From Corynebacterium glutamicum ATCC 13032 (GTDB taxonomy: Bacteria > Actinomycetota > Actinomycetes > Mycobacteriales > Mycobacteriaceae): a stretch of DNA of 32,000 nt. This document shows positions 15,970 through 24,721 of the stretch, piece after piece (within the stretch, counting starts at the first letter, position 1; every line of letters starts with the position of its first letter). The DNA lies in contig NC_003450.3 of the NCBI RefSeq assembly GCF_000011325.1, forward strand, positions 1,890,001 through 1,922,000. The letters run 5' to 3'. A model generated the notes under the pieces. The model did no database searches, had not been told where the DNA came from, and was given only the letters and a program-made list of their open reading frames with translations. The position numbers and the translations under genes are program-made.

Positions 15970-16572
15970 CTAAAGCACGACGTTGCGTGCCTCTTGCTCC
16001 ACAAACCGGGATTCAACACCACGTCTAAACAGCACTCGTTCGGTGTCCGTAATCTTCACCTGTGCATTACCGCGTGCATCGTCAACGCCTGCATCCGCCA
16101 TCATTATGTGCGCATAGACATAGCTCCGGCTCACCTCGATAGATGCGACATAACGCATATCCTCAAAAAACGTTCCCTCAAGCCCCAAGAGCCCATTCAT
16201 CACGGCTAAACGCAATTCCATGAGATCAATCTCTGGATGGGTGTCCGCATAAATATCCTGACCAAAATAGTTCGGATCAAAGCTCATGATTCCATGCTCA
16301 CTGAGATAGCTCTTATCAAAAACGACAATCGCTGAGATAACCGTATGCCCGCACGCAAACAAATCCTGAATATCTTCTGCAGCAGTTGCTACATCGTCAT
16401 TACTCAGCGACGCATCCCCATAACCGAAGCACGAGCCTCCGTCATCGGCTCTCAACCCTCGGGCTGCAATATTGCGCTGGATATGCTCATAGGGTGCTAG
16501 TTGCGTCTTGGTTGCGCCGCGACCTTTGACCAGGCGCTGTTCGATCATGACCATAGCGTCGTCAAGTTTCAC
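15970..16572 (-). CDS. Relaxase-domain paralogue with a degenerate metal-binding His motif
   Basis: 200 aa, alignable by eye to residues ~160-290 of the 922-aa relaxase (FGYGDASLSNDDV vs FGYGDVSLSHDDL; HTVISAIVVF vs HTVMKVVLSF; MELRLAVMNG vs MKLRMAVMHG). The DTKHVHAH cluster is replaced by VSRSYVYAH. GTG start with AGGAG RBS. Confidence 0.7.
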   Translation of the reverse strand: MKLDDAMVMIEQRLVKGRGATKTQLAPYEHIQRNIAARGLRADDGGSCFGYGDASLSNDDVATAAEDIQDLFACGHTVISAIVVFDKSYLSEHGIMSFDPNYFGQDIYADTHPEIDLMELRLAVMNGLLGLEGTFFEDMRYVASIEVSRSYVYAHIMMADAGVDDARGNAQVKITDTERVLFRRGVESRFVEQEARNVVL

Positions 16573-16614
16573 TGTATTTCTCCTGTTGCCTTATGTGTGT
16601 ACAGCTATGAAAAA

Positions 16615-16655
16615 ATCGGCGCCAACAGCACAAACATGCTTAAAGTAGCGCCGAT
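16615..16655 (-). terminator. Terminator-like hairpin after the acidic-protein gene
   Basis: 8-bp GC-rich stem atcggcgc/gcgccgat. On the minus strand it is followed by TTTTTTCA. Confidence 0.5.
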
Positions 16656-16660
16656 CCTCG

Positions 16661-17914
16661 TTATAGATCTAGCCCGCGTTCTGCAATTTTCTCATCAAAC
16701 TTGCGCCCCTCCGCAGGTGATGCGTCATAGCCATGCTTTTGCTCGCGAATATATGCCTCACGCACAGATTCTTGAGTCTGAATCTTCTGTGCAACACGTC
16801 GGCTGGCTTCTCGCTGCGCGGTCTTAGCCCGTGACTCGCGATCAAAATCAAGCTCTGTCGCAGAAATCTCTGCAGCACTGACACTTGCTGGCGCCTCTAC
16901 CTCGGCGGTATTGACAACATCATCTGCATCAAGATCAATCACGTCATCGAATTCAAGCTCATCAAGATCATGAATAACATCGTTAATCTCTGCAGCACTG
17001 ACAGTTGGTGCTGCATCAACCTCAGTCTCAATATCGCTATCCCGCTCAGCCTCCCGCTCCACCACAGGCTCCTGGGCGCGAATCTTCTCGTTGTAGAACT
17101 CGGTAACCTCGCGCTCCCACTCACTCATACCAGCGGTGTCATCAAGATCATGGGCGAGGAATTGCTCAGCATCAAAGCTCTCTTCCGCACCAACAAGCAC
17201 GGGTTCAGTCTGGAAGGAAATGCCAGCAAGTTTCGCCATCAACTGTGCTGCGCTCAGCGCTCGCTCCTGCTCAAGGCGCTGTGCATGTGCACTGACACCG
17301 GTACGGGTGCGGTTAGCATCAGCGAAAATATCTTTGCCTTCAATCTCTGCACGAGAAATTGACTCAGAGAAATCCTTGTCCGCCTCGCCCGCTTCACGCT
17401 GGCTACGGTAGTCCTCAAACATGCTGGTGAGCTCATAGCCAGAGGATTCTTGACTAAAATCCACACCATGAATCTCAGATAAGCCCACAAGCACAATCGG
17501 TGGCGCATCCTGCGACTCTGGTGCCACGACAGTGACATCGGCATTCATGGGTAGTTCCCACGGCAGGCTCGTCATCATCTCGCGCGGTGGCTGGAAACCT
17601 TCTAGATACAGACCTTTATCAATGAGCTCTTTATGCTGCTGTGGACTGAATTTATAAAATCCACTAAAACGCTGTTGGTTTTCTGAATCAAACGTAATTT
17701 TTTGAATGTCGTACGGTAGCTGCGACAATGCAGTCACGCTGTCGATGGCACCCTCAACGTGCAATACCGGCTCATGCTGCGTGCCAATAAACTCAACTTC
17801 AACAACATCTGGGGTAAACACCGCGTACACCGGTGCATCGAGCTGTACCTTTTCACCCTGTTCGGCAACCCGCTGCGCTGCGGGTGAATTGGTGTTAAAA
17901 CCTGCAAGCTTCAT
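16661..17914 (-). CDS. Highly acidic protein of unknown function (transfer cluster)
   Basis: 417-aa ORF. The C-terminal half is rich in D/E/V/I (DLDELEFDDVIDLDADDVV). It has an internal 19-nt exact repeat spaced 120 nt apart that encodes VSAAEI twice. Confidence 0.7.
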   Translation of the reverse strand: MKLAGFNTNSPAAQRVAEQGEKVQLDAPVYAVFTPDVVEVEFIGTQHEPVLHVEGAIDSVTALSQLPYDIQKITFDSENQQRFSGFYKFSPQQHKELIDKGLYLEGFQPPREMMTSLPWELPMNADVTVVAPESQDAPPIVLVGLSEIHGVDFSQESSGYELTSMFEDYRSQREAGEADKDFSESISRAEIEGKDIFADANRTRTGVSAHAQRLEQERALSAAQLMAKLAGISFQTEPVLVGAEESFDAEQFLAHDLDDTAGMSEWEREVTEFYNEKIRAQEPVVEREAERDSDIETEVDAAPTVSAAEINDVIHDLDELEFDDVIDLDADDVVNTAEVEAPASVSAAEISATELDFDRESRAKTAQREASRRVAQKIQTQESVREAYIREQKHGYDASPAEGRKFDEKIAERGLDL

Positions 17915-17961
17915 ATCATTTCTCTTTTCTCTACGTATCGTGTGTCAGGCGTGGTAACTAG

Positions 17962-18660
17962 CTAGTTGCGAGCTGCTGCAACAGCGTCGTTGAGGGCGTC
18001 GTGTCGGTTCTTATCGTCTGACTCTTCTGGCTCAGACTGTGCCTGTTGCGCCAGAGTCTCTTCAGCCTGTTGAGCCGAGTAAATGGCATCAAGTTTGCGC
18101 TGCTTTTTGGCTTCTTTAGCCTGCTGCTTAGTCAGCTTCTTTTCTGCTCGTGCGCGCTTCGCGTCGTCGCGAGAAATCTTTTCACGACCTGCGTATAACC
18201 CCTGTCGCAAAGTCATGGTGAAGCGCCACAATGCACCAAAAATAAGATTGAGCACTTTCATGACCACCAGTGCCAGCACAATCATGAGAAACAGCACCGG
18301 GATGACCCAGCTAAAGAGGAACCCATCAGTAGTGGAGATAATCACACCAGCAGAAGCGCCGATGCTGGAAATAACCAGACTTGGCAGTACTGATACTCCC
18401 CACGTACCGATGATGGTGACCACAGTGCCAGCTGCAAGGATCGCTACCGGCCACACGGCGATGGCAAAAACCAGGAAAGCAAACCAACCACCAAGTGAAC
18501 CAGTGAGCTTCCAGACCTTATCGACCCACGAAGGCCATCCACCGGTGCGTGCATTAATTGGTTCAACCGTGTTAACCGCTACCGCTTCTGCAATCTCAGC
18601 CTGTGCTGCATCATGAGCGTGCTGCAATTGACGCTGTTTCTTATTTTTCGCTCGTGCCAT
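17962..18660 (-). CDS. Polytopic membrane protein (about 4 TM) with K/A/Q-rich termini
   Basis: 232-aa ORF with hydrophobic stretches WFAFLVFAIAVWPVAILAAGTVVTIIGTWGV, LPSLVISSIGASAGVIIS and FSWVIPVLFLMIVLALVVMKVL. Confidence 0.7.
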   Translation of the reverse strand: MARAKNKKQRQLQHAHDAAQAEIAEAVAVNTVEPINARTGGWPSWVDKVWKLTGSLGGWFAFLVFAIAVWPVAILAAGTVVTIIGTWGVSVLPSLVISSIGASAGVIISTTDGFLFSWVIPVLFLMIVLALVVMKVLNLIFGALWRFTMTLRQGLYAGREKISRDDAKRARAEKKLTKQQAKEAKKQRKLDAIYSAQQAEETLAQQAQSEPEESDDKNRHDALNDAVAAARN

Positions 18661-18728
18661 AGTGCCTATCTCAATTCCTTTTTAATGCAAGTATGTTTGT
18701 CACTTTCTTTTTATAATATTAAAAGACA

Positions 18729-18767
18729 AAACCCCCAATAGCTAGTCACCAACTAACTATTGGGGGT
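18729..18767 (-). terminator. Intrinsic terminator after gene 18782..19498
   Basis: 12-bp stem aacccccaatag/ctattgggggtt. The minus-strand tail is TTGTCTTTTAATATT. Confidence 0.65.
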
Positions 18768-18781
18768 TGCCCCAGAAACTT

Positions 18782-19498
18782 TTAGCCCGAGTATTTCACA
18801 CCACCGGGGACAGTACGTGCTTCGAGGTTACGAATTTTGCCGTCGATCACGTCATAGGCAAGGCGTGAGGTAGAGGTTGTTTCTGCCTCACCACCAGAGC
18901 GCTTCGACTTCATCGTCACCGTGGATACATAGCTGTACTCTGTACCATTAATGCGAGTAACCACGGATTCTAAGCTGCTAAAGCGGTTGGACAGATCTGC
19001 ATCATAGGCATAGTGCACTTCGCCAGTTGGATCGGTGCGAGCAATGCCCGCCATTTCACCAGGCATAAACACCGACATAAACTGTGATTCTTCATCCAGG
19101 TCATAAACCCGCATCACTTGCTCGCGCACATCAAGGTAGTCGCGCACGCTGTCCCACGTCAGCGCCATGGACAAAAATTCTCGAACAACAGCATCATCTG
19201 CAGCCTTGTGTTCAATATCCATACCACCGGTAGCGTCACGCACCACCTGCTCAAGTTGGCCCTCAAGCTTACTGTTTAATGCATCACGTTCCTGTTGCAA
19301 GGCCATAATCTCACCAGTTTGACGCTTAAGTACAGCATGTCGATCCGCAGAGGTGCTGGTGGCAACAATAATGACCACCACTGCCAAGATCAACGCAATG
19401 ATCATGACGATATTGCGAACAAAAAAGCGCTTGACCTGATCGAACATCGGCTCGTCCTCAGTTACACCACTCTGGTTATCTACATTTCGTGTCGTCAT
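18782..19498 (-). CDS. Single-pass membrane protein, possible VirB8/TcpC-like channel component (weak)
   Basis: 238 aa with an N-terminal TM (IVMIIALILAVVVIIVATS) and a ~190-aa extracytoplasmic domain. Its start overlaps the upstream stop (TAATG). The role is inferred from size, topology and context only. Confidence 0.6.
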   Translation of the reverse strand: MTTRNVDNQSGVTEDEPMFDQVKRFFVRNIVMIIALILAVVVIIVATSTSADRHAVLKRQTGEIMALQQERDALNSKLEGQLEQVVRDATGGMDIEHKAADDAVVREFLSMALTWDSVRDYLDVREQVMRVYDLDEESQFMSVFMPGEMAGIARTDPTGEVHYAYDADLSNRFSSLESVVTRINGTEYSYVSTVTMKSKRSGGEAETTSTSRLAYDVIDGKIRNLEARTVPGGVKYSG

Positions 19499-20508
19499 TA
19501 TCTGTTCTCCTGTTTGTTCAGCTGAGCGATCTCTAGTGCCCGCTGCAGCTCATCAACGAAAATAGCCTCGCCCTCAAGCCCCCCGCCTTCACTGCCAGCA
19601 CGTGCAGCGCTCGCCTCTGCATTTGTGCCGTGGGCACCAAATTCACTTGGTGAGGTGGTTGCACCAATACGCTGGTGTCCTTCATAGGTATGCGCCAACG
19701 CCAGCGAGCTAAACACGCCGGTGTTGATGTTGTAATCGGCTGTCACCCACGCCAACAGCGCACCGTCACGCTCACCTCCGGTCAAGCGGGCCTCCCACAT
19801 CACCACAACGTGCTCGGTATCTGACATCGACAGTGTAGGGGTCACAGTCCATCCCCAGGACTCAGCCCCCATCGGCGCCCAGGTGGGTCGGTTGTTATCT
19901 CCGACAACAACTTCTTGTGGCTGGTACCAACGACCCGCCGCAGGAAATTCACCTGTCGTACCAGCAGAGACCGTGAATTTCGGTTTCAGCTCATCAACAA
20001 TTGTCTTGAACTGCTCGGTCGCGGCATCATCATCAACACTGGTAATAATGCCGGCTAACTGATTCTGTAAGTCAGCCACATTCTGTGCACGTGAGGTTGC
20101 TGCGTCAAATTGACTAGCAAGAGTCTCTTTTTTGGGCATTGTCTCTGCAGTGTTTTTTAAGTCGTTGACTTCATTACGCAGAGTGACAATCTGCTCATTG
20201 TTTGCACTCACCTTGTCGTCAAAGCCGCCCGAGGTGGTACTGATCCACAACGTTGTACCAATAAATACGGCGCCAGCCAGTACTGTGACAGCGATACGAC
20301 CCAAACCAAACAATGGCTTACGCTTACGTGCATCTTCTTGCGCTTTTGCTAAACGACGTTTACGGATTTGTTCTGCACGACGACGCAGATCATCACCGGT
20401 AATCTTCTCGAACGCCTGCTTTTCTTTGTCGCTGCGCACTTCCCCATTGACGACCCCATCGACAGAGATGGGCTTAAGGTCATCCGACCCGCCATTATTC
20501 TCAGCCAT
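19498..20508 (-). CDS. Single-pass membrane protein of the transfer cluster
   Basis: 336 aa with RBS AAAGGGG, a basic N-terminus and a TM (IAVTVLAGAVFIGTTLWIS). No motif recognised. Confidence 0.65.
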   Translation of the reverse strand: MAENNGGSDDLKPISVDGVVNGEVRSDKEKQAFEKITGDDLRRRAEQIRKRRLAKAQEDARKRKPLFGLGRIAVTVLAGAVFIGTTLWISTTSGGFDDKVSANNEQIVTLRNEVNDLKNTAETMPKKETLASQFDAATSRAQNVADLQNQLAGIITSVDDDAATEQFKTIVDELKPKFTVSAGTTGEFPAAGRWYQPQEVVVGDNNRPTWAPMGAESWGWTVTPTLSMSDTEHVVVMWEARLTGGERDGALLAWVTADYNINTGVFSSLALAHTYEGHQRIGATTSPSEFGAHGTNAEASAARAGSEGGGLEGEAIFVDELQRALEIAQLNKQENR

Positions 20509-20569
20509 ATTAAACCCCTTTTAAAGTTACTAAGTTATTGAAGTTTCTAGAATATAAGTTATTACACAA

Positions 20570-20610
20570 AAACGGGGTGCACAAGCGCCAACCAGCAGCT
20601 CGCACGCCCC
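20570..20610 (-). terminator. Possible terminator after the hydrolase gene
   Basis: GC-rich 6-bp stem acgggg/ccccgt with a long loop. The minus-strand tail is TTTTGTGTA. Confidence 0.35.
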
Positions 20611-20638
20611 GTCACACCAACCCAGCGATGAAAAAAAC

Positions 20639-22300
20639 TTATCCTGCAGGAGTAGTTCGAGTTGGGTTAGTCATTTCGCCAATTTCTTTACCAGCCGGAA
20701 TCTGTACACCAGAGAACACTGAGTTTGTCTCAGCCTGGGTGTTGCGGAACACCTTGAAGTTCACGCCCCATCCATCCAGACTCAAGGTATCCAGACCAGG
20801 TGAGCGGTCATTCAACGATGCATGACCAATAGCTGCATTAGGCTCTGCATTACCAGGGCCCAACATGTCCACAACAACCTCATTGCTGACATACATCGCA
20901 ACGTGATTCGGTGCACCAAGAAGCACATCGCCAGGTAACAAATCGTTCTCTGACATGGTGGCAAGATTGCCGATTTCCTCCCAACGGCCCGATCCTGTGC
21001 CCACAACGTATTCATACTGTGCTGCTGTTGGACCTGCTGGGAACGTATCATCCGTGCCCGACCAGCGAATAGCGGTAGCAACGCCACGGTCACAGGATGC
21101 GTAATACGGATCACCGGTGAGCACTTCATCATGGATATAGCGGTAAATATCAGTACCGTCATTGCCACGAGAATCAGCCAGATAAGGATGTGAAATAGTC
21201 ACCATTGCTTCTGCAGCGGACGTATTTCCACCTGAGGTGCGGTCCTCTTCAGGACAATCATTAAGAGCATCCTGCTCATCACGCGCCGTGGATTTTGCTG
21301 CTGCACCATCAGCCATAGCGATCACAGACTCACCCAAGGTTGAGTTCTTTTGCCAACCACCCATCTGCGCGTACCACTTAGATGCTTGCTCTGCACGAAT
21401 GGGTGCATTACCTGCGACATCTGCCGGGCGCTCCCACTCACGCAGGAAGTACTCGGACGCTGCGGTGGGGCTATTGCTACTGGAGTTTTTATTATCAACC
21501 ATTTCCAGAAAAACCTTGCGATCGCTTTCATTATCGCCACTAATAGCAAATGCAAGCTGCACGTCGATGTAATGCCAGTCTCGGTTTCTATCGGCGGCAA
21601 AATCTAGCAACATCTGTGTGCGCCCTGCTGTCCACTGCCCAAGCCCAATACCCATCGGCTGAGGTTCAAAGTTCTTATCCCACGCAGCTCTCTTCCGAGG
21701 ACCGATGGTATTTGGTTCATCAAAAATACCCTCCACCGCAGTCGGGTCGATACCTGATTCTGTCTCAAAGTTGCCCAAGACACCGGCGATATTTTGATCA
21801 TTCATCCCAAGATACGACAGCGCACCGTACACCAACTTCGCGTTCTCAGTCATATCACCTGCGTCAATGGTAAACGGGTTGGCCGTTACTGGCGGCTCAC
21901 ACAACTCGATAATGCCGTCTTTTCGACCTGCCGGCACCACAATCATCGACACAATCAACGCAATAGTCGTCACCGACGACAACACCGAGCCTGTACCTGC
22001 CAGCATTGCGCCTACACGTGCAGTGATCATGCCACCTGTGGCAGCAGAGATACCAGTACCGGCAGACAGGGCAAGCCCCATCATTCGTGTCCACAGGTTT
22101 TTAGCCAAATTACCCATAGAGCGAGCACCATTGGCTGCAAGTGCTGCAGTACCAAAACCTACACGTAGTGCGCCATAACCTAAGCCTTGTGCAGCTGAGC
22201 GGGTCTTATCTTTTGCTTCATCAACAAACCCCGAGCTTCCCGAGTCACCATTATCAGGTGCATCGGGGGCATCATTTGGTTCTATAAAATCATTAGCCAC
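20639..22300 (-). CDS. Conjugation-associated peptidoglycan hydrolase: TM region + phage-tail-lysozyme-like domain + NlpC/P60 (CHAP-like) domain
   Basis: GVLGNFETESGIDPTAVEG...GIGLGQWTAGR matches the G.lGN...ES...G..QWT..R signature of phage-tail-lysozyme-type muramidases. The C-terminal ASCDRGV (Cys) ... LLPGDVLLG..NHVAMYV (His) matches the NlpC/P60 pattern. The N-terminal Gly/Ala-rich hydrophobic helices suggest membrane anchoring. Confidence 0.8.
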   Translation of the reverse strand: MANDFIEPNDAPDAPDNGDSGSSGFVDEAKDKTRSAAQGLGYGALRVGFGTAALAANGARSMGNLAKNLWTRMMGLALSAGTGISAATGGMITARVGAMLAGTGSVLSSVTTIALIVSMIVVPAGRKDGIIELCEPPVTANPFTIDAGDMTENAKLVYGALSYLGMNDQNIAGVLGNFETESGIDPTAVEGIFDEPNTIGPRKRAAWDKNFEPQPMGIGLGQWTAGRTQMLLDFAADRNRDWHYIDVQLAFAISGDNESDRKVFLEMVDNKNSSSNSPTAASEYFLREWERPADVAGNAPIRAEQASKWYAQMGGWQKNSTLGESVIAMADGAAAKSTARDEQDALNDCPEEDRTSGGNTSAAEAMVTISHPYLADSRGNDGTDIYRYIHDEVLTGDPYYASCDRGVATAIRWSGTDDTFPAGPTAAQYEYVVGTGSGRWEEIGNLATMSENDLLPGDVLLGAPNHVAMYVSNEVVVDMLGPGNAEPNAAIGHASLNDRSPGLDTLSLDGWGVNFKVFRNTQAETNSVFSGVQIPAGKEIGEMTNPTRTTPAG

Positions 22301-22329
22301 AATGCACTCTCACAATCAATAAAAAAAAT

Positions 22330-23793
22330 CTAGAAACGGAATTCAACAGCATCGGAACCTTGGGCAACCTGAGTATTTTCCACTGCCTGATCAAGCTGTG
22401 TTTCCGAGATCAACAGTTGTTGCAGGAGTTGGCGCTGGTAGCGCTGCTTTTCATTGAAATAGTCCTGGTACGCCTGTGCCAGATTGTTTTTTAAATCAAT
22501 AAGTGGCTTGGCACCTTCACTGAGCACATGATCTTCTAGGCGATCACCGTTGCTTAAGACCCACTCCATTTGATTGGCATTCCATGTCGCTTTAGTTTGA
22601 TACGCGTGATCTGTAATCCAGGTCATAGCATCTTGATTCCCTGGGACAACATCCTTGAGGTAGCCATCAAGTGTGGTGCCTAAGCGCCAATCAAAGTCAT
22701 AACCGCCACCAAAAATATGATCGGTGACCAGGCGGTATGAGTTGTATTGATAGCCCTCACTCATCAGATTATCCAGCGACGCAGCCATGAACGTCTTGTC
22801 CTCCCAACCTGGGACAGATTTCCCGGTGGGGTCCTCAGCGAGCTGCTTGGTAACATCGACACTTGCCAAACCTTCGATACGATCACCGCGAATTGACTCA
22901 TGCGGAATAGGCTCAATCAGCGACACGCGCTCACCCATAATGGTCGCGCTCGTAACGCCGAGCGCCTCCTTGTAATTCTCGATGCGACCAAGCAGTGCGT
23001 TCATACGTGAAAGTGACGTATCTAGTGCCTGTCGGTGACCCACCTCCGTATCTGTCATAGAGGTCTGCCAATACAACGCACGGAGATCAATCTGTTCGTC
23101 ATTTAATGCCGGCAACGTCGCCAAAGTCTCTGCCGCTGGATTGAGCATGATGCGCCACTGGTCGTGATCAATAAAGGAATCGTCATAGCCTTGAGCCTTC
23201 ATATTCTCCGAGGTCAAGTTTGTACTATCGACTTCGACAAGCTCTTTCTTTGCACGCATTGTGATGTTGAGAACCTGCATATCAAAGCCCTCAGGGGCCT
23301 CAAGCATGAGCCCAATTCGACCATCACCAAAGCTATAAATGGAACCCACAGTTGCTTGAGAGACATCTGCTGCTTTGGGGCTGGTGCCAAGGTCTTTCAC
23401 ACCGGTGACATAGGCAAAATAATCCTCAGCATTAGTGGACATATTGGCGGGAACAGCAAACTTAATAACAGCAAAAGCCCGTGTGCCCTCTACATTTTTC
23501 CAAAAGCCTGCGAGCTCGCTGACCTGGTTGGTTCGTGATGATCGAAACTCGGCGTTGTACGTGGCTGTTTGAGAAAAATCAATGTTGCCGGCCTGCACTG
23601 CGTAAACAATTGTGCTGCCAAAAAGCAAAGACCCTGATACCACTGCTGCACCCGAAATAAGTGCTACCCGCTCGATCGTGTAGTGCTGGCCTAAACGAAA
23701 GCGGCTGACAATACGATCGACTTTCTTCTGCATACCCTCTTTATTTGATGATGACTTTTTCTGCTTTGCTTTTCTCTGCACAGTATTTGTCAT
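22330..23793 (-). CDS. Single-pass membrane protein, large extracytoplasmic domain (unknown)
   Basis: The start is likely ATG 23793 (MTNTVQRKAKQKK); an alternative TTG lies at 23820. TM VALISGAAVVSGSLLFGSTIVYA. Confidence 0.7.
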   Translation of the reverse strand: MTNTVQRKAKQKKSSSNKEGMQKKVDRIVSRFRLGQHYTIERVALISGAAVVSGSLLFGSTIVYAVQAGNIDFSQTATYNAEFRSSRTNQVSELAGFWKNVEGTRAFAVIKFAVPANMSTNAEDYFAYVTGVKDLGTSPKAADVSQATVGSIYSFGDGRIGLMLEAPEGFDMQVLNITMRAKKELVEVDSTNLTSENMKAQGYDDSFIDHDQWRIMLNPAAETLATLPALNDEQIDLRALYWQTSMTDTEVGHRQALDTSLSRMNALLGRIENYKEALGVTSATIMGERVSLIEPIPHESIRGDRIEGLASVDVTKQLAEDPTGKSVPGWEDKTFMAASLDNLMSEGYQYNSYRLVTDHIFGGGYDFDWRLGTTLDGYLKDVVPGNQDAMTWITDHAYQTKATWNANQMEWVLSNGDRLEDHVLSEGAKPLIDLKNNLAQAYQDYFNEKQRYQRQLLQQLLISETQLDQAVENTQVAQGSDAVEFRF

Positions 23794-23915
23794 AGCTCTA
23801 CCCCATTTCTTTAATGACAAACTTATTTTAACTATTTAAAGACTAATTAAATTTAACACAATTAAATAAACAAACATACTGCATTATTTAACTCAACTAA
23901 CGCCCCCAAAACATA

Positions 23916-23953
23916 CAAAAAGCACACCCTCAGACATCTGAGAATGTGCTTTT
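23916..23953. terminator. Bidirectional intrinsic terminator
   Basis: aaaaagcaca-ccctcag-acat-ctgagaa-tgtgcttttt: a two-part stem flanked by A5 and T5 runs. Confidence 0.65.
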
Positions 23954-23969
23954 TGTGCGGTGCTGAATC

Positions 23970-24332
23970 TTAGCCACCTGTACCGAAACCGGTAACCGTA
24001 TCGCCTGCACCAGACGCAAAGTTCAGCGCAAGTGTGATACCACCAACTAGGAACGCACCACCGACAATGATGAGCAAAATAGTGGTGAACCACTGAATCT
24101 GCTGACCACTCTGACCACCGAAGAGCTTGCGCATCACGTTGACAAAGCCCCAAATCACAGCAGCACCACCAACAAGTGCCAGCAGCGAACCACCAATAAT
24201 CATGAGGTAGTCAGTCGAGTTTTCAAGGAACGACTGTAGATCCCAACTCTCACCCGTGGTGTACTGATCAGCACCATCCCAACCGGTGCCACCCTGTGCA
24301 ACATAACTAACATTTCCAGGAATTGACATATT
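23970..24332 (-). CDS. Small 2-TM protein, possibly VirB2/TrbC-like (weak)
   Basis: Start likely ATG 24332 (MSIPGNVSY). Two hydrophobic helices (LMIIGGSLLALVGGAAVIWGFV; WFTTILLIIVGGAFLVGGITLAL) are separated by a short basic loop. It is the first gene after the accessory island. Confidence 0.55.
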   Translation of the reverse strand, partial: NMSIPGNVSYVAQGGTGWDGADQYTTGESWDLQSFLENSTDYLMIIGGSLLALVGGAAVIWGFVNVMRKLFGGQSGQQIQWFTTILLIIVGGAFLVGGITLALNFASGAGDTVTGFGTGG

Positions 24333-24488
24333 CACCCTACTTTCCACACTATTCCCATAAGTAATAAACAACTTTTGTTATCACCTAGTAACTTAGTCTG
24401 TTTTTTAGTGGGTTTCAATTCCTAAATACATTTATTATTTGGTTAATTAATAAGGATTAATCACCCCAGAAGAGTATATTAAAGGCAT

Positions 24489-24527
24489 AAAGAATCCCCA
24501 TACACTTTGCGTGTATGGGGATTCTTT
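24489..24527 (-). terminator. Terminator after the GIY-YIG gene
   Basis: Perfect 17-bp stem aaagaatccccatacac/gtgtatggggattcttt with a 5-nt loop. The minus-strand tail is TTATGCCTTTAAT. Confidence 0.7.
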
Positions 24528-24552
24528 ACGTCATCAACTAATCAAATACTAA

Positions 24553-24651
24553 TTATCCTGTGCTGGTGGAGTTGATGAAGACGAAGTTTACTGGTTATAC
24601 AACACAGTATCTAGCTTAAATACTCAGGAAAAACTCTATGGACGTGCAGTG
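24553..24651 (+). pseudogene. Relic 3' end of a paralogue of the 253-aa gene (28700..29461), in inverted orientation
   Basis: The plus-frame translation LSCAGGVDEDEVYWLYNTVSSLNTQEKLYGRAVK aligns with the C-terminus LACAGATNTEGVYWLYNTVTSEEFIGAVKDG of ORF 28700..29461. A stop lies immediately upstream (taa 24550..24552), so there is no gene body. Confidence 0.75.
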
Positions 24652-24721
24652 AAATGCTCCCATTTTGAGCTAAAAATCATATACATAGCAACAGGAAGCA
24701 TTTCCACGAGAGATCGCAACG

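Noticed and set aside
4865-18616. Other long plus-strand ORFs (e.g. 4865..5440, 8619..9200, 13766..14317, 18083..18616)
   Set aside because: Each lies wholly inside a longer minus-strand gene that has clear motifs or an RBS. They are treated as shadow ORFs.
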